From positions 868,001 to 932,000 of the forward strand of contig MU058718.1 in the NCBI GenBank assembly GCA_013265495.1: a stretch of DNA of 64,000 nucleotides. Direction: 5' to 3'. The translations under genes and the position numbers were made by a program. Positions 22,882 through 36,015 of this stretch are shown piece after piece. The notes beneath the pieces were generated by a model. That model was not told the DNA's origin, made no database searches, and worked only from the letters and a program-made list of their open reading frames with translations. The DNA comes from Vicugna vicugna (lineage: Eukaryota). Every line of letters begins with the position of its first letter. Positions within the stretch are counted from its first letter, which is position 1.

Positions 22882-23325
22882 TAGGGTGACCGCTGTTCAG
22901 GTTGGCCTGGGTTGGTCCTGGTTTATGACTGTGGCACTGGCCTAATTATTAACAGCTCTCCTTTCTACTGTCCTGTTTCTTTCTTTCTTTCTTCCTTTTT
23001 TTTATCTATTAAGAGATACTTAGAAGCCTTTTAGGCTTTGAGGCTTAGGTTTTCTTTATTTTTTTTCTTTTCTTTTATCTTTTTTAATTGAAGTATAGTC
23101 AGTTTACAATATTGTGTCAATTTCTGGTGTACAGCATAATGTTTCAGTCATTCATGTACATACATATAATTGTTTTCGTATTCTTTTTCATTATAGGTTA
23201 CTGTGCTATACAGTAGGACCTTGTTGTTTATCTATTTTATATATAGCAGTTAGTATCTAGTCCGAGATTTTCCCTTTTACTTTCGAAAGTGTCCTGGTTG
23301 GGGTAGTAAATTATATAGTCATCCT
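22882..23325. mobile_element. MER94-like hAT-Blackjack MITE split by an L1 insertion (~22970-23272)
   Basis: tagggtgacc...taattattaacagctctccttt [insert] ...aaagtgtcctggtt...taaattatatagtcatcct. Confidence 0.75.
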
Positions 23326-23954
23326 CTCTCAAGCCATCTTTGGAAGAAAATTTTCAGAGGTAAAACAGAATCCACAGCACATTTTGGAACAGTCAAGAAG
23401 CAGTGTGTAGGAACAGGTTTTGACCTCAGAAGGCTGGTGGTGGCACTGCAGCGAAAGATTGCTGTCCCTGCTTTTCTTCTCAGCCCCGTCACCAGCAGCC
23501 ACTTGGCTCCACCTACAGGCTGGTCACTGCTCTGGTCCTGGATAGTTTCTTCTTTTCACAGGAATGAGCAGGAGTAGAAGACTCTGAAACTCAGTTGGAG
23601 GTTAATACTTGTGGCTGTGGGCCCTCCCGGCATGGCCTGGGCCCAAATTTCCCAATCTGGCTTCTGCTGTGTCTGAGACAGTTTCTGTTTTGTTCATGTC
23701 TTTGTTCTTAACAGGGCCCTATTTCTCTCTCACCATTTCCCCTGTCCCTGGCCTGCTCTGGAGCTGGACTTTGGCTCCTGACCCTCAGTTACATGGATTC
23801 TGCTGTCCGCTTTCTCCACACAGCCTGTCCTACCCTGTTACCTGCCTGCCCCCGACTCTGCTCTTTGGAGGCTGTTTTGTAATCTCTTGCTATGCTTGCA
23901 CGTTGGGTTCCCACCAGGAAGGAGAGTGCTCTACCAGAAAGTGCCAGGGTCTCT

Positions 23955-24085
23955 TGAAATCAAAAGACCTGGGTTCAAGTCCTAGTTCTGTAATTGGCTG
24001 TGTGACCTTGGACTCATCACCTGACCTGAATTGCAGTCTCCTTATCTGTAGCATGTGGAATGATAATTCCTACTTGGTAATGAAT
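23955..24085 (+). mobile_element. MIR SINE fragment
   Basis: agacctgggttcaagtcctagttctg...gctgtgtgaccttgg. Confidence 0.75.
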
Positions 24086-27001
24086 GAAGAGACTTTGGAG
24101 CTCAGGGAATTTCCTAGTGAGTTTGTTTGGTTATGAATCAGTTATCTGGGGCTGGAATGATCTTTGGGAAAATCAGATTTCTGAACCTGAGGAATCACAG
24201 CTCTGCATAAAAGAAGGTGAGGAAGAGAGCCTGGAACAGCTGGCTGGATTTTCCATCTTCATGTTAGGAGGAAATTTGGCCAACTTTGAAGCTGAGCTGT
24301 TGACTTGTCCCAGTGGCTTCAAGGCCAAAGAGGCCTTGAATCAGACAGCTTCTCACCAGGGAGAGTAACTAACACCTTTCCCCCATCTCATCTCATTGGT
24401 TTCAGGGAAACCAATTTAAGAAATTTGCCAGGAATGGCGAAGAGTCTGATCCTCTTAAATATCTGTCTTTCAGTAACACTTAGTTCATTTTCAATAGAAT
24501 CTAAAATAAGGAGAAAGAACATTATTTTCGTTGCTTCATACTGAAGTGAATTCAGAATGACTTGGAAACATGGATGTTATAAGCATCCATATTAATGACC
24601 TCAAATATAAAACAGAAATTGGCAAGGCCAACCAGATAATAGTTCTATTCTTCCTGGAATGGGAGATGCCAGCAGAGAGGAGTAGGATTTCAGTAAACAT
24701 CTCCCTCCTGGGCAGACATCCCCAGAGTGGGACTCAGATCTGATTAAATGAGTCAGGCTTACGTTCATTATGGTATATTACAAACATTTTCAGCATTCAG
24801 AAGTGACTGGTGTCTCCGTGGATTTGGCTAGTTCCTGGCAATTACGCACTTGGCTGTGAGTATAGACCGGTACGCCAAGTGCCTGGAATGACAATCTGAG
24901 TCTGAGCTTTCAGTCTGGGAAGGATGTTGCTCAAACACTACGCTCCTTCCCAAGGTGGCCGAGTCCTGGTTACAGTTCTGTCCTTTAAATCTATTTCTCC
25001 TGAAACCTGACCAGAAAGGATGTGGCCACTTCCCTCGCCCCTTTCAGTTTCCGTAGCAAACACCTGGGGGACCTTGCATGAGTTTTACGGCGTCTGTCTG
25101 CTAATTTGTCCAGAAGTGGTTTTGTGCCTAGTGCCTTAATCAGAAAATCACATTCTGAACATAACATGTCAGATGGATTATTAGAAAACGTTAATGTGTT
25201 CAGAGACTGTTAAATCTGGAGGCCTGGCCAAAACCTGAACTGAGTAAATGGCATTTTTTTCCCGAAATATCCTTCCACTTTTATTTAAATTGGTATTAAT
25301 CAAACTATCCTCCACTGTAGCTGATTCACACTTGTTCTCTGTGCTCCAGCCCTTTATCAGGAAGAGAGGCTATTGTGGGGCCCATTCTGTATAGCAGTGG
25401 GAGCAGGTGAAAAAAAGGTAACACTTTTTAGGAACTTGAGCAAGGACTACCTCTGTATGCGTGGAGAGGATGCAAGTGTGTGCTCTCTGAAGCAGGAATT
25501 TTTGTCTCTCAGTGACTGTTAACAGTATCGAGACCAGCATATGGCTCCCAATAGCCACTCAGTAAATGGTGGTTGAATGAATAAATAAGTGAATAAGTAA
25601 TTATAACCCCACCTTCTTAATTGCACGATAAACATCATCTTGTCAATTCCTTATTCTTTTATTTTCTCACTTTGATTTTATTCAGTTTAGACAGAAGGCA
25701 TTTGAAAGAATTTCTCTACCAAATGGGGCAAATTGAAAGCAAATATGGCTGCCGTGGTGGTGGTGGGGGAACTTGTGGGCACTTGTCAGCTTTTCCACTT
25801 ATCCCTCCTGCCTCCCTTCTTCCCCTAACCTTCACCACTCTCCTCAAGAAGTCACCCTGCTTCCCCAGCTCAGCCTGTGGCCTGGCTTTCCTTTGTCTGC
25901 AGTTGTAACATTATGTGTGCATGACAATGCTCACCTCTTTTCCTCTAGTTTGAACAAGGCATTGCTTCTATATATGACCGACCCCTTCCCCTCTGTGGAA
26001 TCTTATAGCATCAGTTTTTCCCTCTCTCTTCTTTCTTCTCCTGCTATTGACTTCTTCAGAGTCCATAGAAGAGCTCAAATCTTTCCAATTTTAAGACACC
26101 CCCCCATAAATACCTCCCCACAAACCCTCTACACTAGCTCTGTATCACTTTTACCCTCACAGCCTATTTTTTCAATAGAAAGATCTATATTCAGAGATTC
26201 TACTTTCTTACTTTTTAATCTATTATCCTTTGCAAAATTAAATAAGAAAAAAATAGTTCTTTTAAAAGGAAAATTCAAAATCAGAAAATGTGTCTCTCCT
26301 TTAAGGATAGAGCCAAGATTTTTTTTTTCTTCCTTCACAGCTAGATTTCTTAGGATAAGAGCATAAATTCCAAATCACATTACACTTTGTGATCACAGAA
26401 CTTTCTGTTGGTGACAGCTCTTGACGACAAAAGAGAAAATATAAGAACAATCTTTGATTGTAAAACTTGTTTATAATCTAAGAGAAAACATACATTTGGA
26501 CCCCTTATCCTGGAGTTTGTTTTCAGGTTGATGGACTGACTCGGTGACAAGAAATAATGGTTCTTCAATTGAATCAATTGATGTACAATAAACCAACAGG
26601 ATGTTCGCTAATCTTATTTCTTAAGGTGCATTATTGAAAAAGGTATAAAAAGTCCATGTAAACTCCTCCTGGTTAAAGGGGACAGTTCTAAATGCTCTTT
26701 CTCCCATGCTAGAGTCCTTTATAAAGTAATTTCTGATTTTTCTTTTCCCTGAGTCCTAAACACAACACAATGTCTCCCTTGAGAATTACCTTCTTCTTCA
26801 GAACACTCAGAATTCTAGACTGTACCTCTAGAATTCTTCTGATATGCTCAGTGCAGGTCACCTCCTGATACATCTTCCTGTCACATGCAGTGGACATCTT
26901 CCTGTAATGCAGTGGACATTGCAGGGTACTTCTCTGTGGTCTTTGATTCTGATGACCCATCCCTTTGTGAAAGTGCCTCTTCCCTCAGTTCTACTCCCCA
27001 C

Positions 27002-27631
27002 TGTTGAGAGGGCCAACTAAAAATTGTCACTTGCCATCCACCTCTACAAGAATTGGGTCATTAACCACTGCAGCTGCTGACCTCCAGTACAGCCTGAAAG
27101 GAATTCAGGGTGAAGATCAGGAATGAGGCACTCTGCTCTGGGAAAAACTCACCGAACCAGCCTTCAGATAGTCAGATATTCTCAGGAGAAAACTTTATGA
27201 ACTAGTCTCATTTTTTGTTTGTTTAGTTTTTGTTTTGGGGGCGGTAATTAGGTTTATTTATTATTTTAGTGGAGGTACTGGGGATTGAACCCAGGACCTT
27301 GGGCATGCTAGGCACATGTTCTACCTCTGAGCTATACCCTCCCCCTTGAACCAGTCTCTTGCATCTTCTCCTATCTAGAAAAGCACTGAAATCATTAACA
27401 GAGGCATCTGCTCTCTTATAACTAGCAGCAAACTTTTGCCAAAATATGAGCTTGATTGCACGTACTCCCTTTACCAAAATCATATGTATACTGACCTCTC
27501 CACCACCTCTTCAGAGCAGTTCCTCAGACTTATCTGAGAGCCTGTCTCCCAGGCTGTAGTCCTTAGGAAACCCCCAATAGAACTGAATGCACAGCTCTCA
27601 CGTTGTGCCTTTTTTTTTTTCCCAATTGACA
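27002..27631 (+). mobile_element. ERV-type solo LTR (family not identified) containing a SINE
   Basis: Termini TGTTGA...TTGACA (consistent with CpG-decayed TGTCGA/TCGACA); LTR-like composition; no clear TSD. Confidence 0.6.
27210..27346 (-). mobile_element. Vic-1-like SINE
   Basis: ggaggtactggggattgaacccaggacc...tgagctataccctccccc; TSD tgaactagtctc (27198-27209) / tgaaccagtctc (27347-27358). Confidence 0.9.
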
Positions 27632-28189
27632 AGAGCATGAAGGTGCACCCTTGAGCACAGCATAAAAGATTGTTAGTTAATTGCACCCCGCCTCCCCCTG
27701 CCAACTATGCAACTTAGCTTTCTTGAGGGGAGTCTCAGGTTCAAAGGCCTACAGTGGAAGGAACATTGAGGACCAGGTGGGGGTGTTGTGAGTTGGAGAG
27801 TTCGTGATCCCATTTTGAGGGGACATTCTTTGGCTCCAGCCAGTTGCTGCCAGGTGGGAACTTGGGCCCAGTACAGCCAAATCAACTTTTTTCTTCTCTT
27901 CTGTTTTGTTCTCTCCTCACCTGTCCTCTCCTCTCCTTTTCTTTTCTTTTTTTTCCAGATGAGAGGCTGAATTTTTATGTTATTATTAAATGTTAGAAAC
28001 TAATTAAAAAATTTAAAAACATTGTGTAGTTCATTATGAAAGTGAAAAAGAAAAACAAACATGTGACCTGGGGACCAAAGTAAACACATAGGTGTGAGAT
28101 GGTGCAGGACTAGTTCCTGCGTCTGGGAGTACCCCCTGAATTCTGCATCTTAAGCGCATGGAACTGCTTTCAGTACCCTAAACATGGCT

Positions 28190-28570
28190 TATACCTCCTC
28201 AGCTTTGTTTTTGCTGGCTCCTCTGTTTGGAATGCCTCCCTACATGCTTCCCACCCCACCCCTACTTTTCTCCCAAAGAAATGCTAAGGAATTTGGGATT
28301 TTTTTCTTATTTGTCAAGACTCCCCTTCTAGGTCCTTTCTCCCTGAAGCATTTCCTAACGTTCCTTCACTCCACATTAGGGAGAGCCAGCTCTCTTTCCT
28401 TTGGACTCCAGCAGGTTTTATGGAACTTTTGTTTTTTATTTGTTTTCATGATGCAATTTCCAGAATTTAAGCTCAAAGGAATAGGTTCCATGTCTAATTT
28501 ATCCATGCATTCTCAAGTGCACAGTGATTGGCACGTATTAGCCACTTAATAAAAATTTGTTGAGTGAATA
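28190..28570 (+). mobile_element. Degraded L2 3' fragment
   Basis: ctgtttggaatgcctccc...ttctccctgaagcatttcc...aataaaaatttgttgagtgaataa. Confidence 0.6.
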
Positions 28571-28712
28571 AACCAGACAGTAGTTAGTTGCCAAGATGTA
28601 TACTTTCTAAAATTAACATTCACTTTAATTTTCATCAAAAATTGCCAAAATGTTACTTTGTAGTTAAAAACTTAGAATCATTCCAAAATCCTCATAAATA
28701 TTGATGCCTCTT

Positions 28713-29238
28713 TTGGAAGCCAGCTTCCAAAATGGCCACCAAAAGAATATGCCTCCCAGTATTCATGCCCTTGTGTGATCCCCTCCCCTTGAATCTGGGC
28801 TGGCCCTGTGACTTGCATTTTGATCAATAGAATGAGGTGGAAGGGACACTGTGTGACTTCTAAGGGGTCAAAAGAGGTCTTAGTGTTTCTGCCTGAGTTT
28901 CTTGCAATAGTTCTCTTTTTCACTCTCTCTGGGAACCCCGCTGCAGTGCTGGGTGGAGCTCAAGCCACATGAAGCCCATGCTGGGCTCCCTGCTGAGCTC
29001 CCAGCCAACAGCTAGCACTAACTGCCAGCATGGGAGTGGGGCATTATTGGCCATTCAGCCCAGAGGAGCCTTCAGATGGAAGCCATAGCCAACCTTGCAC
29101 TGCAACCTCATGACACCGCCAAGTGAGAACTGCCCAGCTGAGCCCATTCAACGCATGAACTGTATGAGATAACAATACAATTATGTTATAAGCCAATTAA
29201 GGTTTGGGGTGGTTATGTAGCCATTGATAGCCAGAACA
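28713..29238 (+). mobile_element. MaLR LTR (MLT1F/G/H-like)
   Basis: ccccttgaatctgggctggccctgtgacttgc...ccagctgagccca...gatagccagaaca. Confidence 0.8.
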
Positions 29239-29689
29239 TCTTAGAAGTGAATAAAATATTGAATAAAATTTATCATGTCAAGGATAGTTTAACCTATCTT
29301 GCTACAAATGACCTTGGAGTTTTGTGCTACATAATTTCGCATGTAACCTACTTGACCCTCATGCTTCCAAGAGAGTTTTTAAGTGTGCAGTTTCCTTCAT
29401 TTAGAGAGTTATCTACTCCTGTTACATTTACATATTTTCGAAAAATCTTAGTTAAGTTCTGTAATAGGTTCATACACATCAAATCCTTACACAGTGAATA
29501 ATGTGATGATGAAAAATTACCAGTATAAATTCCATTCTATAGTAGCCAGTGCATTTTTCATTTCATTAGAATGAAATGGTAGAAAATATTTGCTATGGTC
29601 CTTTCTATGGCAGTCATTCTTTAGTGAAGTTATATATGGCAGATTTTAGTAAATAACATTTATTATATGTTGGATAGTTCTCTTCCCTC

Positions 29690-30700
29690 ATTTAAAAATT
29701 ATGCTATAATTTACATACAGTAAAACACACCCTTTTTAGTATACACTTCTGCAAGGTGTTTTTTCTTTTTTAAAATTTAATTTTTTAAACTGAAGTATAG
29801 TTGATTTACAATGTTGTGTTAGTTTCTGCTGTACAGCATAGTGATTCAGTTATACATTTATATTTATATATTCCATTTCATATTCTCTTTCAATATAAGC
29901 TATTACAAGACACTGAATATAGTTCCCTGTGCTATACAGTAGGACCTTGTTATCTCTTTTATATGTAGTAGTTAGTATCTGTGCATTTCAAACTCCCAGT
30001 TTATCCCTCCCTACCCCTTTCCCCCTGGTAACCACAAGTTTGTTTTCTGTGTCTGAGTCTGTTTCTGTTCTGTAAATAAGTTCACTTGTGTTGTTTTGTC
30101 AAATGTAGGCAGGTATGCAACCACCGCCACACTCAATACAGGACGGTTCCACAGCCCCTTAAATTTCCCTGGGCTCCTTTGTAGTCAAGCCTCCTCCTTG
30201 ACCACTGATCTTTTTTAAAATAATAATTTATTGAGGTGAAATATGTATAACATAAAATTAACTATTTGAAAGTGAACAATTCAGCAACATTTAATACATT
30301 CATAATACTGTACAGCTACCATCTTTGTTTAGTTCCAAAAATATTTCCCTTATTCCAAAGCAAAACTCTTTGCTGTTTTCTCTCTCATTCTCTCCTTTCC
30401 CCATCCCCTGGCAACCACTGGTCTACATTCTGTTTCTATGGATTTCTCTATTCTGGAGATTTCATATAAATGGAATCATACAATATGTGACCTTTTTTGT
30501 CTGGCTTCTTTCACTTAACATAATGTTTTGGAGGTTCATGCCCTTTGCCATATGTATCAGTACACCATTCCTTTTTATGGCTGAACAATATTCCATTGTA
30601 TGGATATGATCCACTTCTTTGTCTTTATAGTTTTGCCTTTGCAAGAATGTCATATAAATGAAATCATAGATGTTTTGATCTTTGCTTTTAGAGTGTATGG
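29690..30700 (-). mobile_element. Nested L1 fragments (young L1 3' end ~29765-30095 and L1MB-like ~30215-30610 within an older L1M)
   Basis: gaagtatagttgatttacaatgttgtgttagtttc...; ttcatataaatggaatcatacaatatgtg. Confidence 0.8.
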
Positions 30701-33700
30701 GTGCCTTCAAAAGTCACCAACACCTATTAAGCTGTTTTCCTAATGGTTCTGTGGAGGCATGATATTTTGAGGTCATAACTTGTGTGCACACTCCTGCCAT
30801 ATACTTCATTGAATTTCCTCATTTTTACATTGAGTCCCTGCCCAGAGCCTGGGCACACAACATATTTGTCACCATCGCTTTAGGGAAAGGCTAGTGGTAT
30901 GACATCAGAGAATACTAGTGTCTGGGCCTTCACTTTAAATTCAAAAGCCATTTTATGGGTATAAGAAGATTTGTGAAGATTACATAAGGAGTCAGGGCTT
31001 TTTTTTGGTTTTGTTTTTATTTTTTTCCCTGTGAGCTGAAGGAGCAAAAAACTACGGGCTAGAAAGGTGAGATAGTTAGGGGCAGAAGTGAGAGTATCAG
31101 ATGCTGTTGTGTTCTCAGAGAGAGGACCGGCTGCTGCCTCCCACCCGCTTCTTGGAGAGCACATGTTGCGGGAGGGGCAGCAATACCAGGACACTCAGCT
31201 ATGTAAGGGGATATGAGGACGAGGGAACTTGTGATTATGTCCAGGGTGGGTTCTGAGAAAGCCAGGCAGACTCTGGAGCTTCCCTTCTGCACCGGTGAGA
31301 CGTCCCCGAAGATGTGTAGATAAAGCAACAGAATGTGTCAACACAGAGAGGGCCTCAACCGCCTGCCTGGTTTCCTTGCTGAGCGTGCCTTAGGAGAGCA
31401 GACACGGTTTCACATCACTCGAGAAGGGCTTGGAAGTTAGCCAAGATGCAGAGCCAGAGCAGGTGGGCCTGAAGGGGTCTCCTGGTTGGGAGACCAGCCA
31501 TGGTGAGAGTGTATGCTATGTGGCTGGGGACCAGATGGGATTTCAGCCACCTCAGCAAATGTTGGCCTGGGGGGTCATCCATCAGAGCTGAGGACCCAAC
31601 AGGGCTGAACATCTCAGCAGAAGCCATGTAGGGCTGATGACGGCAACAAGGGATGAGATGCCTTCTCCAGGTGTCATGATTCTTCTGGAGCCCCCGGAGC
31701 CTGGAAACCACCCAGGGAAAAGGAGGGGGAGGAGAAACTCCAGAACTGATTTGAAACTTGAAAGAGCCAAATATCATTGGAAGCTAGGAGTATAATTTCT
31801 GCCAGCAGGTAGAATCGGAGCTTGAGATAGAGAATATGAGGAGTAGACTTGCTAATCTCTCTGGGCCTCAGTCTTTTTCTTCTGGCAAAGAGAGTTCAGT
31901 GTCCCTCCTTCAAGGGGTTATTGTAAGGATTAAATGAATTGATATGTTCACAGTATTTAGGATGGTGTCCAGAACACAGCAAACACTTAAGAAATGCTGG
32001 CTTTCATTATCTGCAAAATGCATCCACATATACCACAAACAAATTGAAAAACTGAAAGTGATAGGAAAATCAAGACAGTGCTTGAAAACCTTTTTTATCG
32101 TGGTTCTGTGTTACTGTACATGTGAACCAGGAAATCAGAGTTCCTGCCCTTTGAAGCTTTTAATTTAAGGCACAAACTTCTGACAGTTCCTACAGTTGTT
32201 GCTAAAGCTGAAGTATCAATACATACTGACTGCATGCTGAGTGAATTAAGACAATGGCAACAACAAGGTTGGCTTGTATTTCAGTTGTGGCTTTTAGGGT
32301 CTTTACATGTGGGGGGCCCTGGGACCTCCCCCTCAACTTTGTGCCTTTATGGGCTTAACCTCATCAGTTTACCCACAGTGGGTAGTCTTCCTGTGACCCT
32401 CTCTCTCACTTTTTCTGTTTCTCTTTCTCTATATATGACACATAAAAATATTTTCTGTTCAGTCGCCCTTTTTAGTAGTTTAAAAGATTTACCGGTCAAT
32501 TTGATAATAGTGTGTCATTTTAAGTATTATTGCTAGGAATTAGTCACCAAAATATAATACATGACATATTTTCCTTGTGGCCTCCTTGTTCATTCCTACT
32601 TTGTCCATTCTGACAGTTTTAGGATTATGAACCATATTTTTTTTCCACCCTTCACAATTCTGTAGGTGCAGTTGGTGTCTTCCAGTGCCTCTTACAATCC
32701 TGTACTGTTGGCTTTCAGCCATCTAATTATTGCTGATATGATCGTCAGAGAATTGGCCGCCTTCCCGAGTACTTGCTACAGCCCTTCTAATCAGCCTCGT
32801 CTGTTCTTCACGATTGTCAGGTTGTCCCATTCCTCTTACTTTGCACTCATTTTGCAAAAGTTCAAAACTTAGTCCCGTGAAAAGAGCTGAGTGCCTGCTC
32901 TGTTTTCTGGTGCCCAAACCAAATAAACAAGAAACACATAAAGGCCATTAAAAAAAAATCCACATTAAGTTGGGAAAAAGCTTTTTTTCTGATGCTTAGT
33001 CTTTTCCAGGAAATCACGAGACTGAGGCCCCCGCAGAGCTTGCTTTAGGCCCTTATTCGTTAAGATGGTATTTCATTGATTTTGGACAGTATCTTACAGA
33101 GTTCACATGCTTCTTTTTTCTGTTTTAATGGGGGAGGGGATTGCCTTTTCTTCCAAAATACTCATGTTTTTCTCACATGTGAAATTCATTCGTCTCTAAT
33201 TCGTTGCAGTGAAGCACTTGGAAATCTTTCTGTTCTGGAGAGTTCTGGGTACAAATCCATCCTTCAGTGGACAAACATACCAGGCTCTAGCATCCTCTGA
33301 AGGGGAAGGATGCGCTGGGTAACACACCGAAAGGCGAGACTCTGGCAGGCTCTTTTAGCTCAGACAGAAGCAAAAGCAAGCTTTCTGAAGGCCACAACAG
33401 GTTCCTCTCAAGAAAAGAGAATCAGTCATTTATTTTCAAGCCATCTGTTAACCAGCCTCTACATGATTGTCACTTTTTCTCCCCTCATCCTCTAGCTTTG
33501 TTTAGATATAATTGTACTTTTCCCTTAAGCTGCTTGTAACCCCCTTGCCACTGAGCAATTGAAGTATAGGGTGTGAACAGTCCAGCTTCTTAAGAAACTG
33601 TGAGACCCAAGAAGGAGCATTGATGTCCATTTCCAGTGCTTTCCTCACTCTACCTCCCAGATCGCTTTCCCTTGAGCGAGGTCCCTCCCGTGGTTCCCTG

Positions 33701-35759
33701 GCCCCGGAGCTGAGCGCCACTGGAATGCGGGGCTGGGAAAACACGGCGCTGTGCCGTCGGGCTGATGGGAAGCCCCGAACAGCTTGCTGAATTATTACTT
33801 CATTCTCGGCCAAAGCAGCGGGAGGCGAGATGATGAGTGAGGGAAAGAGCCCGTGGACTCCAATGTGGGCTGAGGGAACCAAAACAAACACGGAGAAGAC
33901 AGGCCAATATTTAAATCTGTTTAAAGGATAGAGTGCGCCGGAATGCTTGACTCTATTTTGTCTGGTGCACAGATTTCATTTTTTTAATGGCCTCGCCAGT
34001 CAGCAGAAAGCAGCACTGAGGGAAGGGATCTGTTTTTCTACCCCCTTGCGCACGCCTCTCGTGGCTCTCAGGGACGTCTCCCCCTTTCTTTCTGGTACTT
34101 ACGGTGGCCTGGAATTTTAGACTGAGATGGGTTCTGAACACGCATGCCTCATTTAGATGCCTGGTACTTCTCCCCTTTTTTCTTCTTCCCAAGTAAACTT
34201 TGCCTAAGAATACTAGGGGCAGAGTGGACCATGGAGGAAGCAAGAGAAGCATTTCACAAATTCTAATTTTCCAGTTTCCAGCCGCTCAGCTCTGGTGGAA
34301 CAGCATTAACCTCTGGAGAGCCTCTCCTTAGGTTCCCTCCTGCTGCCGCACAGGCGCCTCTCTCTGGGTGTTAACTCTCTTTCTTTTTTAGCCCTCCCTT
34401 GAATATTCTTATTTTTTACCACCTCACACAGATTTTCATGTCTCCATCCATCTCCCCACTTTCACACTCAAGGCCATCCTCCCATACGTCCATTGCATTT
34501 TCAAACATGTCCATACCACGTTCAACTGGTGGTTGCCAGCTCCCTCCCCAGCCTCCTACCACTGTCGCTGGCCGAGGGAAGCCAGGCCCTTACCTCCTCA
34601 CTCTGTTATTTTATGCCAAGTTCTTTTCATTGACTTGATGTCAGATATTTTGATGAACACAAGATGATCATTCAAACGCATGTTCTGACTTTGCAACTAC
34701 ATAATGACGTAAATTGTTTGTTAGCAGTGAGAATATATGTGTATGTGTACACACACACACACAAATACACACCCTCCTTTTGGTGTGTGGAGGAAGCTTA
34801 TTACCCAAATGGGCTGAGAGACGAACCTGTGTTTACAGTATAACTGTCCAAAAAAGCTGCCAACTTCACTTCCTTTTTGTGTTTTGCTCTAGTTTCAGGA
34901 AAGTTTTGGAGGAGCAAGCATACTATGTGTGGCATGGGGCTTGGGGATGGTAATTTTTCAGTCACATTTTTAATAAAAGTAGACATTTTCCCAGGTTTAG
35001 TTCTTTCAATAGTAAAAAAAACTATCTAGGCTCATAACTGTAGAGGGCGCTTATGTCTCAGTAATAGCACTGCCTTTGCCACTAGTGGAGCGGGGTGGTG
35101 GGAAGACTATCCTTTTATTACTGCTTGTTTTATGGGAAAGGATATAAGGTGCATTTTGTTTTCATATTACCTTTCGAACATGATTTTACTATGAATAAAC
35201 TCATCTTCTAATTTGTATCACTTGGTCACAGTTTTATTAAAAGTGCACCAGCCTCACCCACTGAGAATTAACCTCTTTAATATTTTAATACCCAGTGGCT
35301 GGTCCTGCACCTGCCCCTTGGTAACTGATACTGTGCGTGCAGGAAGCTATAAGTGATCTTTCAAAAATGGCATACTTTGCAAAAAAGCCTTTTGTGGTTT
35401 TCTATCTCATTTGGAAAGAACCCCCCTCTTCTTACTGTGCTGACCAGGGCCTGGTAGGTTATAGTCTCTTTCAACCTGTCAGCCTTGTCTCTCTTGCTCT
35501 TACTTCCTCGCGCACCGTCTGGCCAAATCTAGGACAATTTACCTACTGTGCTGAGTGGTCTACACTCAGTGTCCTCCTCATTTGCTCCCCCATCTGCTCA
35601 GTGAGCCTGTCTACCCATCTTCCCATGGCTGGCTTCTTTCCATTTCTCAGTCCGTTGCTTCATACAAATTTCAGAGGAATTTTCTTCTTTGTCTGCTGTG
35701 CCTAAGCTAGGTCACTCCACACCCAGCTTTTTTTTTTTTTTAAACCAGAAACATTAAAA

Positions 35760-36015
35760 TTGCATTATGATTCACATAACCACATTTTACATAGTGTGGA
35801 GTTCACCATTTTAAAGTGTACAATACAGTAGGTTTTAGTATGTTCACAAGATTGTACAATTATCACCACTACCTAACTGCAGAACATTTCCATTACCCTA
35901 AGAAGAAACGCCATGCCACTAGGGAGTCTCTCCCCACCGCCCCTTCCTCCCAGCCCCTAGTGTTCACTAATCTACCTCTGTGTCTCTGGATTTGCCTCTT
36001 CTGGACATTTCATAT
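35760..36015 (-). mobile_element. L1MB-like 3' fragment
   Basis: ttcaccattttaaagtgtacaatacagtaggttttagtatgttcacaag...ctggacatttcatat. Confidence 0.75.

Noticed and set aside
23609..24136. 175-aa ORF
   Set aside because: TTG start, pyrimidine-rich low complexity, runs into a MIR
25773..26366. 197-aa ORF, longest in the window
   Set aside because: Non-ATG start, Ser/Leu/Phe bias from CT-rich DNA, no domain recognised
35078..35092. CCACTAGTGGAGC as a second CTCF site
   Set aside because: One base short of the core spacing; poor match
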